Notes: a model not told the origin generated them from the letters alone. A stretch of DNA of 64,000 nucleotides from Bacillota bacterium (GCA_023393065.1 JAEWMX010000005.1:9566-73565), one strand, 5' to 3'. Positions 32,683-43,205 are shown, counted from the first letter of the stretch. A program made the numbers and translations.

Positions 32683-33393
32683 CTATTGTTCAACCTGCGC
32701 CCTGTCTTTCTTCTTAAATATTTTAATCAAAAGATTAATAACCTTGGGTTCAAGGAAGCGCAAGAGATAAAAGAGTCCGACGGTTATAGCGACCGCAAAG
32801 ATGGTTCCAAAGATGACATCGGTGGGCCAGTGGACACCATGCCATAGCCTGGAAAATGCGATAAGAGCCGCTAAAACGATAGCGGGAATACCAATTTTGC
32901 GACTATGTAAAATCATCATCGTCGCGCAGGCGATTGAAGCGACCGCGTGACCGGAGAAGAATGAATAGTCATCAGGTATTTCGCCGAAGCCAAGGAATAA
33001 ACCATCGCCGAAGAAAGTGGCGACCGCATACTCTTGGAGAATGCTTGCGCTCGGATAGAAAGAGATTGTCGTGTCGTAAAAGGGGCGAGCGCGAACGGCA
33101 ATTTTCTTGATGATAAAGTTATTCATGCCGCCAATCAAAGCGTATGTTAATACAACATAGATGCCGAGACGCCTTGTTTTTTTAAAAAACAACATGACGA
33201 TTCCGGACGTAATCCAAACAATACCTTTGTCTCCGAGTAGGGTGATGACGAGGAACATTTTATCGACAAATGTCCCGTGAAGGCTGTTGAGCCAGAGCAA
33301 GAAGGTCATTTCCCAAGTTCCTAGATCCCAGAAGCGACCGACATCTTCTAAACCCTCAATGACCTCAGCTAAAACGACGAATAGCGAATTCAT
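32683..33393 (-). CDS. PAP2 family lipid phosphatase (BcrC/PgpB-like)
   Basis: All three PAP2 motifs are visible: K-x6-RP (KKIAVRARP), SGH (FFSGHAV) and SR-x5-H-x3-D (SRLWHGVHWPTD). The protein is polytopic. Confidence 0.8.
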   Translation of the reverse strand: MNSLFVVLAEVIEGLEDVGRFWDLGTWEMTFLLWLNSLHGTFVDKMFLVITLLGDKGIVWITSGIVMLFFKKTRRLGIYVVLTYALIGGMNNFIIKKIAVRARPFYDTTISFYPSASILQEYAVATFFGDGLFLGFGEIPDDYSFFSGHAVASIACATMMILHSRKIGIPAIVLAALIAFSRLWHGVHWPTDVIFGTIFAVAITVGLFYLLRFLEPKVINLLIKIFKKKDRAQVEQ

Positions 33394-34307
33394 GAATTTT
33401 TAACCTCCTTATCCATTTTGCTGGTACGACTATAGCGGACAATCAGATAAGAAACGGCGCCGCCGATGACAAGAGCGATGCCGGAAATAAGAATTTCCCA
33501 CCAGCGGACGCCAACGGTTAAATAGTAGTCATAGATTTCATAATTGTAATAGATGGCAATTAAAGAACCGATGATGATACCGATGATCGCATAGAACGTT
33601 CCAGTGCGAAAGCGATTGAGGAAAAAAGCGATGATTTTCGATGCGAGCAAAACGCCAATCACGACGCCGACTGCCAAAGTGGCAAGGATTGAAATTGATG
33701 CCCAAACATCTGTCCAGGCTAAGAAATTATCGATGAGATTGAGGGTTGGGGTATAGAAACCTAGAACGATTAAAATCATCGAACCGGAAATTCCGGGCAT
33801 GACAAGGGCGAAGGAAGAGATAATACCCGCTAGCAGAACGAGTATGTAAAGCCACCATGGACGCGAGTCATAAAGAGACTGAATGTTGAGTTCGAAAAGA
33901 ACCGATAAAGCTCCGAGTCCGACGGCAAAGACGATCGATATGATCATCGCAATGATATGAACAGGTTTGACTTTAACGCCCTTGACTTCGTCAAAAATGC
34001 CTGGCATCCCTCCTAAAATGAATCCCGCAAAGAGGGTGACCATAACAATCATTATGTGCTCAAAAGCGAGCTTGAAAGGATACCAGCAAATCAGAATTGC
34101 CAACACAGCGCCAAGAGCGATGGGCAAAAGTATTTTAAAGGACTCAAAAAATTTTTTTGTGAGATTATTGATGGAGTTGATTATCTTGTCATACAAATTA
34201 AGCAAAACCGCCATTGTCCCGCCGCTGACACCCGGGATGATAAAGGCGACGCCGATCGCCAACCCCTTGATCAAATCTAACCCTTTTTCTTTTATATACT
34301 TTTTCAT
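33390..34307 (-). CDS. DUF368 family polytopic membrane protein (candidate undecaprenyl-phosphate translocase)
   Basis: 305 aa with internally repeated signatures IPGVSGGTMAVLLNLY and MPGISGSMILIVLGFY. It has a 4-nt overlap with the PAP2 gene. Confidence 0.75.
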   Translation of the reverse strand: MKKYIKEKGLDLIKGLAIGVAFIIPGVSGGTMAVLLNLYDKIINSINNLTKKFFESFKILLPIALGAVLAILICWYPFKLAFEHIMIVMVTLFAGFILGGMPGIFDEVKGVKVKPVHIIAMIISIVFAVGLGALSVLFELNIQSLYDSRPWWLYILVLLAGIISSFALVMPGISGSMILIVLGFYTPTLNLIDNFLAWTDVWASISILATLAVGVVIGVLLASKIIAFFLNRFRTGTFYAIIGIIIGSLIAIYYNYEIYDYYLTVGVRWWEILISGIALVIGGAVSYLIVRYSRTSKMDKEVKNS

Positions 34308-34416
34308 ATTCCAAAATAAATATTACAACATTAAGTAATGGGAAGGTATAAGCAATGTATTTTTGCATGCCACCCTAGCCATTGATTGATATAATAATTT
34401 AAGTGGGATTGGAATT

Positions 34417-34968
34417 ATGAAATTAATCGTCGGACTTGGAAATCCTGGCAAGAAATACGAAAAGACGCGCCACAACCTCGGATATCGCGTCGTCGATTGT
34501 CTGGCTGATTCACTTGGCTTTACTATCGATAAAGAAGCATTTGGCGGCCTCTATGCCAAAGAAAACATTTTTGGCGAACAGGTCCTCCTTTTTAAACCCA
34601 CCACTTTCATGAATCTGTCGGGAAATGCCGTTCAGGAAATTGTCTCTTACTTTAAGATTGATCTTCAAGACATCCTCGTAATTTATGATGACATGGCTCT
34701 CGAACCAGGGCGAATTCGCCTTCGTCCATCAGGTTCAAGCGGTGGTCATAATGGCATTCAGAACATTATCGATGCTTTTAAAACAGAAGACATCAAGCGC
34801 ATGCGAATCGGCATCGGCGAACCAGAAAGTGACGGCGTCGATTACGTTCTCGGAAAACCGACAAAAGAACAGTCTAAGTGCATTGACATCGCCATCGGTG
34901 AAGCTAGCGAAGCGATAAAAGATTACTTGAGAAACGGATTTACCTCCGCAATGGCAAAATATAACTAG
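34417..34968 (+). CDS. pth: peptidyl-tRNA hydrolase
   Basis: 183 aa with MKLIVGLGNPG..Y..TRHN and GGHNG motifs. Confidence 0.95.
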   Translation: MKLIVGLGNPGKKYEKTRHNLGYRVVDCLADSLGFTIDKEAFGGLYAKENIFGEQVLLFKPTTFMNLSGNAVQEIVSYFKIDLQDILVIYDDMALEPGRIRLRPSGSSGGHNGIQNIIDAFKTEDIKRMRIGIGEPESDGVDYVLGKPTKEQSKCIDIAIGEASEAIKDYLRNGFTSAMAKYN

Positions 34969-34979
34969 AGGATATTTAT

Positions 34980-37900
34980 CTGAGTGAATTATTAAAACGC
35001 ATCGCCAAAACAAAAGCCGCCACCTCCCTCCTTGAAAAAAGAGGGTCTTTTGTCGTTGATGACACAATTGGAATTTCCTTATTATTTGCTGGACTTTTCC
35101 ACAAAAAACCGGCAAATTACGCAATTATTACTTCTAATTTGTACAATGCCCAAAGCGTCTATGAACTTCTTGGAGCGCTTATTGGTGATGATAATGTCTT
35201 GCTTTATCCAAACGACGATTTGCTTCGAGCCGAAACTATAACTTCTTCCAAAGAATTGATGGCGCAGCGCCTTTATGTCATGAGTGAACTGCGGCAGAGT
35301 CAAAACAAAATTCTCGTTGCTCACGCCTCCTCTCTCACTCGGTTTTTACCCTCGCCGCAACTTTTTGAAAGCCTGACATTCAATTTGCGAATCGGACAAA
35401 AAATTCATCTTGTTGAATTGCGTCAAAAGCTTGTCCGAGGCGGATACTCTCGCGTCGGTAAAATCGATCAGAGCATGCAGTTTGCTTCTCGCGGCGACAT
35501 CCTCGATATCTTCAGCGTCAACAATCCAAACCCAATTCGCGTCGAGTTTTTCGACGATGAAATCGAGTCGATTCGCACCTTTGAAATTGCAACTCAAACC
35601 TCGAACGAAAGCCTATCGGAAATTACCATTACCCCGGCGAGCGATGTCTTGTTTTCCGAAGAAGAAGTATCTCGTCTTGAGGTAAATGCAAATCAGCAGG
35701 CCTTAAAGGACAGCGCCCTCCTTTCAAACGACGAAAAAGACCGCCTCCTAAGTGTGACAAAAGAAGACGTTGAGAGAATTCAAGATGGGCTGAGCCATCC
35801 GCGCAATTACAAATATCTCGGATACGCTCAACGCGAGCACTATTCAATATTGGATTATGCAAATTTCAATTTGGCGTTTGCCGTTAATCATGAGGCAATT
35901 ATGGCTTCTTTAGAAATATCGCAGACCGAGGCTCGCGGTTTTTTAGACGAACTAGTCGATGAAGGAAAAATCATCTCCCATCTCGAAATCTACCGAAATT
36001 GGGAGGCGATTTTTAAAAAGCTTACCAAGCCCCTTTTTAGCAAGAAATATGTAGAAAACACCGACGACATCGAATTTAAAGTGCGTCCAATTCTGTCTTC
36101 TAGCACCTCATACATGAATATTTTACCAACCGTGCAATCCTATCTTTCAACGAACGAAAAAGTCATTTTAGCCCTTTCTAATAAGCAGCAATACGAAACC
36201 GCAAAAAGCCTCTTAGAGGACGCTGGTATCGAATATGAAACCGTCTCCGGTCTCGAACTTCCTGAAAAGAAATTAGGAATGGCAATTTTTGATATTAACG
36301 AAGGTTTCGAAATCACAGACGAAAAAATTTGCTACCTTTCAAGTAAAGAATTGCTTGGATATAAAACGCATCGGTCGCGTTTTATGAACCGTTTTAAAGA
36401 ATCGACAATCTTAAAGTCATTTGACGAACTAGAAAGTGGCGATTATGTCGTCCATGAATACAATGGTATCGGCCAATTCATCGATATTGCGACTCTCGAA
36501 ATTGATGGTAACAAACGCGATTTTTTACATATTGCCTATGCCGGGACCGATGTCCTATATGTCCCGCTATCCCAATTTAGATTAATACGAAAATATGCCG
36601 GCAAAGAAGGAACAACTCCCAAACTCAACCATCTCGGCGGAAATGAATGGGAGAAGACCAAAGCGCGAATCAAAAATCGCGTTAATGAATTAGCGGAGAG
36701 ACTCGTCGCTCTCTATAAAGAAAGAATTCGAGTTCCCGGCTATGCATTTAATAAAGATGATGAGTTGCAGAAGGTTTTCGAAGATGAATTTCCTTTTGAA
36801 TTGACCGCCGACCAAAATGAGGCTCTCGCCGAAATCAAAGCCGACATGGAAAAGCCTGAATCGATGGACCGCCTCCTATGTGGAGACGTTGGCTTTGGAA
36901 AAACCGAAGTCGCTTTCCGCGCTGCTTTCAAAGCCATTGCTAATGGCAAGCAAGCCGCAATCCTATGCCCGACCACTCTTCTGGCGAGGCAGCATTATGA
37001 ACGCGCAATCGAGCGTTTTTCGAACTTTGGGGTGCGAATTGCAGTGTTTTCACGACTTATCACGGAATCTCAACAACGCAAATACTTAAAGCAAATTGAA
37101 AGCGGCGAAGCCAATCTCATCATCGGTACACACCGCCTCTTGTCAAAAGACATAATCTTTAAAGATCTCGGCCTGCTAATAGTCGATGAAGAGCAGCGAT
37201 TCGGCGTCGAACAAAAAGAACGAATCAAGGAAATCAAAACTAATGTCGATGTCTTAACATTAAGCGCGACGCCGATACCGCGCACTTTACAAATTTCTTT
37301 GCTTGGGATTCGCCAATTATCGCAAATTAACACCGCGCCCATTAATCGTATGCCAATTCAGACCTATGTCATGCAGTATCGCGAGGATGTTATTAAGGAA
37401 CTCATTGAGCGCGAACTGAGTCGCGATGGTCAAGTTTTTTATGTTCACAATATAGTTTCGTCTATCTATCAAGTCGCCAACCGTCTTCAAAGGAAAATAA
37501 CCGACGCGAAAATCGGCATCGTCCACGGGCAGATGGGACGCGAAGAAATCGAAGATGTGATGATGAACTTCTATGCTGGCAATTTGAATATTCTCGTCGC
37601 GACCTCGATTATCGAAAACGGCATCGATATCGCGAACGCCAATCTCATCATTATTGAAGATGCCGATCATTTCGGCTTGTCGCAACTTTATCAAATCAAA
37701 GGTCGTGTTGGTCGCGGAAGCCGCATAGCTTATGCTTATCTTTTCTATCGAGAATACAAGACGATAAATGAAAAAGCCATCAAGCGCTTAAAAGCCATTC
37801 AAGATTTCACCGAACTCGGAAGCGGCTATAAAATAGCGCAGCGCGACTTGATGATTCGAGGCGCCGGCGACATTCTAGGACCCGAACAAGCTGGTTTTAT

Positions 37901-38450
37901 TGATTCAGTCGGTATCGATTTATACCTCAAAATGTTATCTGAAGCGATTGAAGAGAAAAAAACCGGCAAAGCGATTGAAGAACCCAAAGCAGCCCATCTA
38001 TTCAACATCGAAGCATATATTCCGGCAAACTACGCAGAGAAAAAAGACAAGATTGAACTATATCAGGAAATCGAGTCCGCGAAAAATATCGAATCACTAA
38101 CTAGAGTTAGCAAAAGGATGCGCGATGTCTATGGGCGCATTCCTCGAGAAGTCGAGACGCTTTTAAGACAGAGGCGAATCGACTTGTTGGCATCCGGAAA
38201 GGCTTTTTCTGAACTTCTCGAATACGATGACGAGATAAGCATTGTTTTATCAAAAGAGTTTTCGGCAATCAATGGCATAGGAAACGCCCTCTTTGAGCGC
38301 ATTGTGCCATATCTTACCAAAGTAAAAGTGTCATACATTCAAAGAATTCTAAAAATAAGAATGAAAAAAAATGGCGAGTGGATGAACGATTTGGAAGAGC
38401 TCTTAACCATCATCAGCGAACTCTACAATGTTAGTGTTAAAAAACACTAG
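34980..38450 (+). CDS. mfd: transcription-repair coupling factor Mfd (start codon uncertain, probably CTG 34980)
   Basis: Contains the UvrB-homology region, the RNAP-interacting domain, superfamily 2 helicase motifs (GDVGFGKTEVA, DEEQRFG) and a TRG motif. The frame is open from 34965 and encodes Mfd-like N-terminal sequence upstream of the ORF track's TTG start at 35139. Confidence 0.85.
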   Translation: MSELLKRIAKTKAATSLLEKRGSFVVDDTIGISLLFAGLFHKKPANYAIITSNLYNAQSVYELLGALIGDDNVLLYPNDDLLRAETITSSKELMAQRLYVMSELRQSQNKILVAHASSLTRFLPSPQLFESLTFNLRIGQKIHLVELRQKLVRGGYSRVGKIDQSMQFASRGDILDIFSVNNPNPIRVEFFDDEIESIRTFEIATQTSNESLSEITITPASDVLFSEEEVSRLEVNANQQALKDSALLSNDEKDRLLSVTKEDVERIQDGLSHPRNYKYLGYAQREHYSILDYANFNLAFAVNHEAIMASLEISQTEARGFLDELVDEGKIISHLEIYRNWEAIFKKLTKPLFSKKYVENTDDIEFKVRPILSSSTSYMNILPTVQSYLSTNEKVILALSNKQQYETAKSLLEDAGIEYETVSGLELPEKKLGMAIFDINEGFEITDEKICYLSSKELLGYKTHRSRFMNRFKESTILKSFDELESGDYVVHEYNGIGQFIDIATLEIDGNKRDFLHIAYAGTDVLYVPLSQFRLIRKYAGKEGTTPKLNHLGGNEWEKTKARIKNRVNELAERLVALYKERIRVPGYAFNKDDELQKVFEDEFPFELTADQNEALAEIKADMEKPESMDRLLCGDVGFGKTEVAFRAAFKAIANGKQAAILCPTTLLARQHYERAIERFSNFGVRIAVFSRLITESQQRKYLKQIESGEANLIIGTHRLLSKDIIFKDLGLLIVDEEQRFGVEQKERIKEIKTNVDVLTLSATPIPRTLQISLLGIRQLSQINTAPINRMPIQTYVMQYREDVIKELIERELSRDGQVFYVHNIVSSIYQVANRLQRKITDAKIGIVHGQMGREEIEDVMMNFYAGNLNILVATSIIENGIDIANANLIIIEDADHFGLSQLYQIKGRVGRGSRIAYAYLFYREYKTINEKAIKRLKAIQDFTELGSGYKIAQRDLMIRGAGDILGPEQAGFIDSVGIDLYLKMLSEAIEEKKTGKAIEEPKAAHLFNIEAYIPANYAEKKDKIELYQEIESAKNIESLTRVSKRMRDVYGRIPREVETLLRQRRIDLLASGKAFSELLEYDDEISIVLSKEFSAINGIGNALFERIVPYLTKVKVSYIQRILKIRMKKNGEWMNDLEELLTIISELYNVSVKKH

Positions 38451-38468
38451 GGGTTGTAAAATAGAAAT

Positions 38469-38738
38469 ATGAGATTAGATCGGTATTTAAAAGTATCCCG
38501 CTTGATTAAGCGCCGCTCGGTCGCCAAAGAAATAGCCGATGGAGGCCGCGTTTTAATCAACGGCAAAACCGCCAAACCCTCCAGTGAAATCAAAGTTGGA
38601 GATGAGATAGAACTTCACCTGGGTCGCAATACGATCGGAGTCAAGGTGTTGCTCCTTAACGAACACGCCAACCTCCAAGAGGCCGAAGACATGTACAAAA
38701 TCCTTTATCAGGAAAATATTTCAGAAAGGAGATCCTAA
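38469..38738 (+). CDS. rqcP: S4-domain RNA-binding protein, YabO/RqcP (Hsp15-like)
   Basis: 89 aa beginning MRLDRYLKVSRLIKRRS (S4 motif), in the conserved position after mfd. Confidence 0.75.
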   Translation: MRLDRYLKVSRLIKRRSVAKEIADGGRVLINGKTAKPSSEIKVGDEIELHLGRNTIGVKVLLLNEHANLQEAEDMYKILYQENISERRS

Positions 38739-38739
38739 C

Positions 38740-39975
38740 ATGATTATCAACTATCCGTTTGAAAAAGGTGCCACCTATCTCGTGGCCTGCTCTTATGGTC
38801 CCGACTCGATGGCTCTCCTTCATTTGCTAATGCAAAAAACATCCAATATTATCGTTTGCCACGTTAATTATCACAAGCGGCATATCAGCGATTTTGAAGA
38901 AGAGTCAATGCGCGCTTTTTGCCTTGAAAACAACCTTGGATTCGAGAAGTTTGACGCCCCTAAAACTGCTCGTGGAAACTTTCAATCTTGGGCCCGCGAA
39001 CTACGCTATCAATTTTTTGCTGATATGTACGAAAAGCACCACGCAAAAGCTCTTTTTGTCGCTCACCAGCAAGACGATTTAATTGAGACATATCTGATTC
39101 AAAAACAACGCAACAGCCGAGTCAACTACTATGGCATTGAACCGGTTATCAACATGAAAAACATGACTATTGTTCGCCCTTTGCTTTCCTTTTCCAAGCA
39201 AGATCTTCTCGATTATTGCCACGAGAACAGAGTGCCGTTTTCAATCGATATGAGCAATTTTGAAACCAAGTATTTGCGCAATAAAATCCGGCTCGAAGTC
39301 GTCGCCAAACTAACCGAGATTGAACGCTATCAAATTCTCAAAGAAATCAACGAGAACAACGATATGCTGCTCGCCCAAAAAAATAACATCGCGAAAAAAG
39401 TGCGAGGCAAAAAAGAACTGTCGATCAAGGCCCTTCTTGAATTATCAGATAAAGACTTTGCTTTAGCAATCGACGAATATTTGAAAGTTAATGGGATATT
39501 TGCCCCCATCAGCGCTTCTCAACTTTCGGAAATCCGCAAAGCGTGTCTATCCAAAACCCCGAATATCAAAATCGAATTAAACGATGCCAATAATCTTCTC
39601 AAAGAATACGAGGCCTTAGTTGTCGCCAAAACAAAAGACCTCTCTTATTCATTCGTCGTTGACAAACCGAGCGCATTAGATACCGATTTCTTCTCCATCG
39701 ATTTCAGTCAAGGCGCAGAAGATCGCAACATTCATCTCGAAGATTATCCTCTGACAATTAGAACCGCAAAAAAGGGAGATTGCTATCAGGTCGGCGGCCA
39801 TCTCTGCGAAGTGCGGCGGCTCTTTATCGATTGGAAAATGCCGACTCGCCTGCGGGCGCTTTGGCCGCTTGTCGCCAACAGGAATGGGACAATTATATAT
39901 GTCCCAAGATACCGAAAAGATTTCTCGGGCGACGAAAAGACAAAATTCGAAATTAAGGTAGTAAAACTACCTTGA
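38740..39975 (+). CDS. tilS: tRNA(Ile)-lysidine synthetase
   Basis: 411 aa with a PP-loop variant (ACSYGPDSMAL) and AHQQDD. Confidence 0.9.
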   Translation: MIINYPFEKGATYLVACSYGPDSMALLHLLMQKTSNIIVCHVNYHKRHISDFEEESMRAFCLENNLGFEKFDAPKTARGNFQSWARELRYQFFADMYEKHHAKALFVAHQQDDLIETYLIQKQRNSRVNYYGIEPVINMKNMTIVRPLLSFSKQDLLDYCHENRVPFSIDMSNFETKYLRNKIRLEVVAKLTEIERYQILKEINENNDMLLAQKNNIAKKVRGKKELSIKALLELSDKDFALAIDEYLKVNGIFAPISASQLSEIRKACLSKTPNIKIELNDANNLLKEYEALVVAKTKDLSYSFVVDKPSALDTDFFSIDFSQGAEDRNIHLEDYPLTIRTAKKGDCYQVGGHLCEVRRLFIDWKMPTRLRALWPLVANRNGTIIYVPRYRKDFSGDEKTKFEIKVVKLP

Positions 39976-40133
39976 GACTCAATAATAGTATTTGTTGCAA
40001 ATCCATCGGTCAAAATATTTAATTATTTTGTTATGATTAATGGCGTTCGTTGTTTATAATTTATGCTACTTACGGTCAAACACTATCATTCAGTTTAATA
40101 AATATTACTGCTCGAATCACCTCAGGAGGTTAT

Positions 40134-42149
40134 ATGAACGAAGCTAAACCTAGAAAATCAATCTTTGGATACATCTTGCCATATCTATTGATGGCAGTGG
40201 CTATTTTTGCCTTTGTCTGGCTCATCATTTCCATGCAAGGAAAACCAGAAGTCTGGTATTTATCAGGAAACCCTGCCGCCGGCAATGATTTAGACACGAA
40301 TCTCAGTTCTTATGTTATTAAAACTGCAACTAGCAGTTCGGGTTATCAAACCACTAAAGTCAGCGGCATCTATCACGACCCTGCCAAAAATAAAGAGGGC
40401 TCATACGAAGTCATGATTCCCAACGAATTATTCCATAGTTCGTTTGCAATCGTTGGCGAAACCGAAGACCACCCGAGCTACTCCTCTTTATTCAAAGCCG
40501 AAATCGCTGAATACAACACCCTTTTTCCAAACGCCGATAACGGCGCCTTCTTTGTCGATGTTGACGCTTTTGAAGTCAGTTGGTGGCAAAACTGGGGACC
40601 GACCATATTGCTATTAGGCGGTGTCGTCGTCGTCTCCCTCTTCTTTTTCTCCCGTTTAAATAGTTCCGTTAATAGTTCGAATACCAAAGCTATGGATTTT
40701 AACCGCTCGCGGGCTCGCCGTGAAGACAGCACGAAAGTTCGCTTTAGCGACGTCGCTGGTTGTGATGAAGAAAAAGCGGAAATGGTCGAAATTGTTCAAT
40801 ATTTAAAAGAACCTCGAAAATTCGCCAAATTTGGCGCAAAGCTCCCGAAAGGCGTTCTCCTCGTCGGCCCGCCCGGAACCGGAAAAACTTTATTAGCTAA
40901 AGCTGTGGCTGGTGAAGCCGGCGTCCCTTTCTACTCTATTTCGGGATCCGACTTTGTTGAAATGTTCGTCGGCGTTGGTGCCGGTCGCGTTCGCGATATG
41001 TTCCGCAAAGCCAAGCAAACTGCTCCATGTCTCGTCTTCATCGATGAACTCGACGCCGTCGGTCGCCAAAGAGGCGCCGGTCTCGGCGGTGGTAACGATG
41101 AACGCGAACAAACCTTAAACCAACTTTTAGTTGAAATGGATGGCTTCTCCGACAACTCGGGAATTATCGTCATCGCGGCAACAAACCGCGAAGACGTCCT
41201 TGACCCAGCATTATTGCGCGCCGGCCGTTTTGATCGCCAAATCACTGTCAACTTACCCGACCGCAAAGGTCGCGAAGAAATATTCAAAGTTCATGCTCGC
41301 GGAAAAGTCATCGATGAAACTATTGACTTTGGGCAACTCGCTCGCCGCACCGTCGGTTTCTCCGGCGCTGATATCGCCAATATTTTAAATGAGGCTGCAA
41401 TACTTGCTGTCCGTGGCGGAAAAGACAAAGTAACAATTAAAGAAATCGATGAGGCGATTGACAGACGCATCGCCGGCCCAGCCAAGAGCTCTAGAGCTCT
41501 TAATCCTCACGAGCGACGCGCGATTGCCTTTCACGAAGCCGGCCACGCTATTATCGGCCTCAACTTGAAGCACTCTGACAAAGTTCAAAAAATTACGATT
41601 ATTCCTCGCGGAAGAACAGGCGGCCATGTCATGATGACCCCCGAAGAAGACCGTTTCTTGCTCACCAAAAAAGAGCTCGAGGCTCGCATCATCGGCTATC
41701 TAGGCGGACGCTCGTCCGAAGAAATATTTTTTGATGACATTTCGACCGGTGCCCATAACGACATCGAAGTCGCGACGCGCATCGCTCGCTTGATGGTTAC
41801 CGAGTATGGCATGAGCTCCCTCGGGCCAATTCAATACGAAAAAGACTCGGGATCTGTTTTCTTAGGCCGCGATTACACTTCGACCCAGAAAAACTTTTCG
41901 ACGCAAATTGCCTTCGAAATTGATACTGAAGTTCGCCGCATCATCGCCGATGCTCACGCGACGGCAAAATCAATCATCACCGAACATAAAGACGATGTGA
42001 TTCTCATTGCCGAAACGCTTCTTGAACGGGAGACGATCACGGCCGAAGAAATTGAATATTTGTTAAAGAATCGCTCGCTCCCAACGGCTGAGACGAAAAA
42101 CCAAGTGCCACTTACCGTGGCGCCATCCGCCGAAGGAGAAAGCAAATAG
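40134..42149 (+). CDS. ftsH: ATP-dependent zinc metalloprotease FtsH
   Basis: Start at ATG 40134 after AGGAGG. It has Walker A GPPGTGKT, the SRH region and the zinc site HEAGH. Confidence 0.95.
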   Translation: MNEAKPRKSIFGYILPYLLMAVAIFAFVWLIISMQGKPEVWYLSGNPAAGNDLDTNLSSYVIKTATSSSGYQTTKVSGIYHDPAKNKEGSYEVMIPNELFHSSFAIVGETEDHPSYSSLFKAEIAEYNTLFPNADNGAFFVDVDAFEVSWWQNWGPTILLLGGVVVVSLFFFSRLNSSVNSSNTKAMDFNRSRARREDSTKVRFSDVAGCDEEKAEMVEIVQYLKEPRKFAKFGAKLPKGVLLVGPPGTGKTLLAKAVAGEAGVPFYSISGSDFVEMFVGVGAGRVRDMFRKAKQTAPCLVFIDELDAVGRQRGAGLGGGNDEREQTLNQLLVEMDGFSDNSGIIVIAATNREDVLDPALLRAGRFDRQITVNLPDRKGREEIFKVHARGKVIDETIDFGQLARRTVGFSGADIANILNEAAILAVRGGKDKVTIKEIDEAIDRRIAGPAKSSRALNPHERRAIAFHEAGHAIIGLNLKHSDKVQKITIIPRGRTGGHVMMTPEEDRFLLTKKELEARIIGYLGGRSSEEIFFDDISTGAHNDIEVATRIARLMVTEYGMSSLGPIQYEKDSGSVFLGRDYTSTQKNFSTQIAFEIDTEVRRIIADAHATAKSIITEHKDDVILIAETLLERETITAEEIEYLLKNRSLPTAETKNQVPLTVAPSAEGESK

Positions 42150-42170
42150 GAAGGGAAACCTTCCTTTTTT
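42149..42170 (+). terminator. rho-independent terminator-like hairpin after ftsH
   Basis: GGAAGG-GAAA-CCTTCC followed by TTTTTT. It ends 4 nt before the dusB ATG. Confidence 0.6.
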
Positions 42171-42173
42171 CGT

Positions 42174-43139
42174 ATGTGGAAGATCGGCAATATCGAAATC
42201 GAGTCTCGCGTCGTTTTAGGACCGATGGCCGGCGTTACTTCCGAAGCTTATCGGAAATTTCTAAAACCCTTTGGTGTCGGTTTGAGTTTTACCGAGATGG
42301 TCAGCGACTGCGGGCTCTTCTATGGAAACAAGAATACTTTTTCCTACCTTCCAACTAAAGATAGCGATCGACCGGTAGGTATTCAATTATTCGGCAGCAA
42401 AATAGAAAACGCGCAAAAAGCCATTGAAATTATACAAAAAGCTGATATTTCCTATGATTTTATTGATTTGAATTTCGGCTGTCCGGTTCCAAAAGTAACA
42501 AAGACCGGATCGGGATCTTCCTGGCTTAGAAAGCCACAAAAATTAGAAGACTATGTAAAACAAATCGTCGCCTTCTCGCATAAACCCGTCACCGCCAAAA
42601 TCCGCTTAGGGTGGAGTACTCAATCAGTAAATTTTGTGGAAGTGGTGGACATACTTGAGCGATCCGGAGTCTCGGCTATCACCATTCACGCTCGGACAAC
42701 CGAGCAAATGTATGCTGGTAAAGCAGACTGGCACGCCATTGTTGGTCTTAAAGAAAAAATGAAGGTACCACTCATTATCAGCGGCGATATCTTCAGTGTC
42801 GATGATGCCATCTCGGCTCTTGAAATAACAAAAGCCGATGCCGTGATGATCGCTCGCGGAGCGATGGGAAAACCATGTCTTATCAAGCAAATTGACACTT
42901 ATCTCAGAACCGGTGTTCGCCTTCCTGACGCGACGCTCTTAGAGCAGATCATTTATTTGCGGGAATACTCCAACCTACTAATTGAAGAGAAAGGCGAAAA
43001 GCAAGCGATGATGATCTTGCGAGGAATTGCCCCACGCTTTTTTAATGGTTATCCGGGCATGAAACAATTAAAAAATGCTCTTTCGACAAATTTGAATACG
43101 AAAGCCGACTTGGATGATGTTTTGTCGCAAATCAGCTAA
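42174..43139 (+). CDS. dusB: tRNA-dihydrouridine synthase
   Basis: 321 aa with LGPMAGVT and NFGCP motifs. Confidence 0.85.
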   Translation: MWKIGNIEIESRVVLGPMAGVTSEAYRKFLKPFGVGLSFTEMVSDCGLFYGNKNTFSYLPTKDSDRPVGIQLFGSKIENAQKAIEIIQKADISYDFIDLNFGCPVPKVTKTGSGSSWLRKPQKLEDYVKQIVAFSHKPVTAKIRLGWSTQSVNFVEVVDILERSGVSAITIHARTTEQMYAGKADWHAIVGLKEKMKVPLIISGDIFSVDDAISALEITKADAVMIARGAMGKPCLIKQIDTYLRTGVRLPDATLLEQIIYLREYSNLLIEEKGEKQAMMILRGIAPRFFNGYPGMKQLKNALSTNLNTKADLDDVLSQIS

Positions 43140-43205
43140 CGCATTGTTCGTTTTGAAAATGAATGAGTAAATGATATGCTTATATAAGCAAAAAGAGGAA
43201 ATTGT

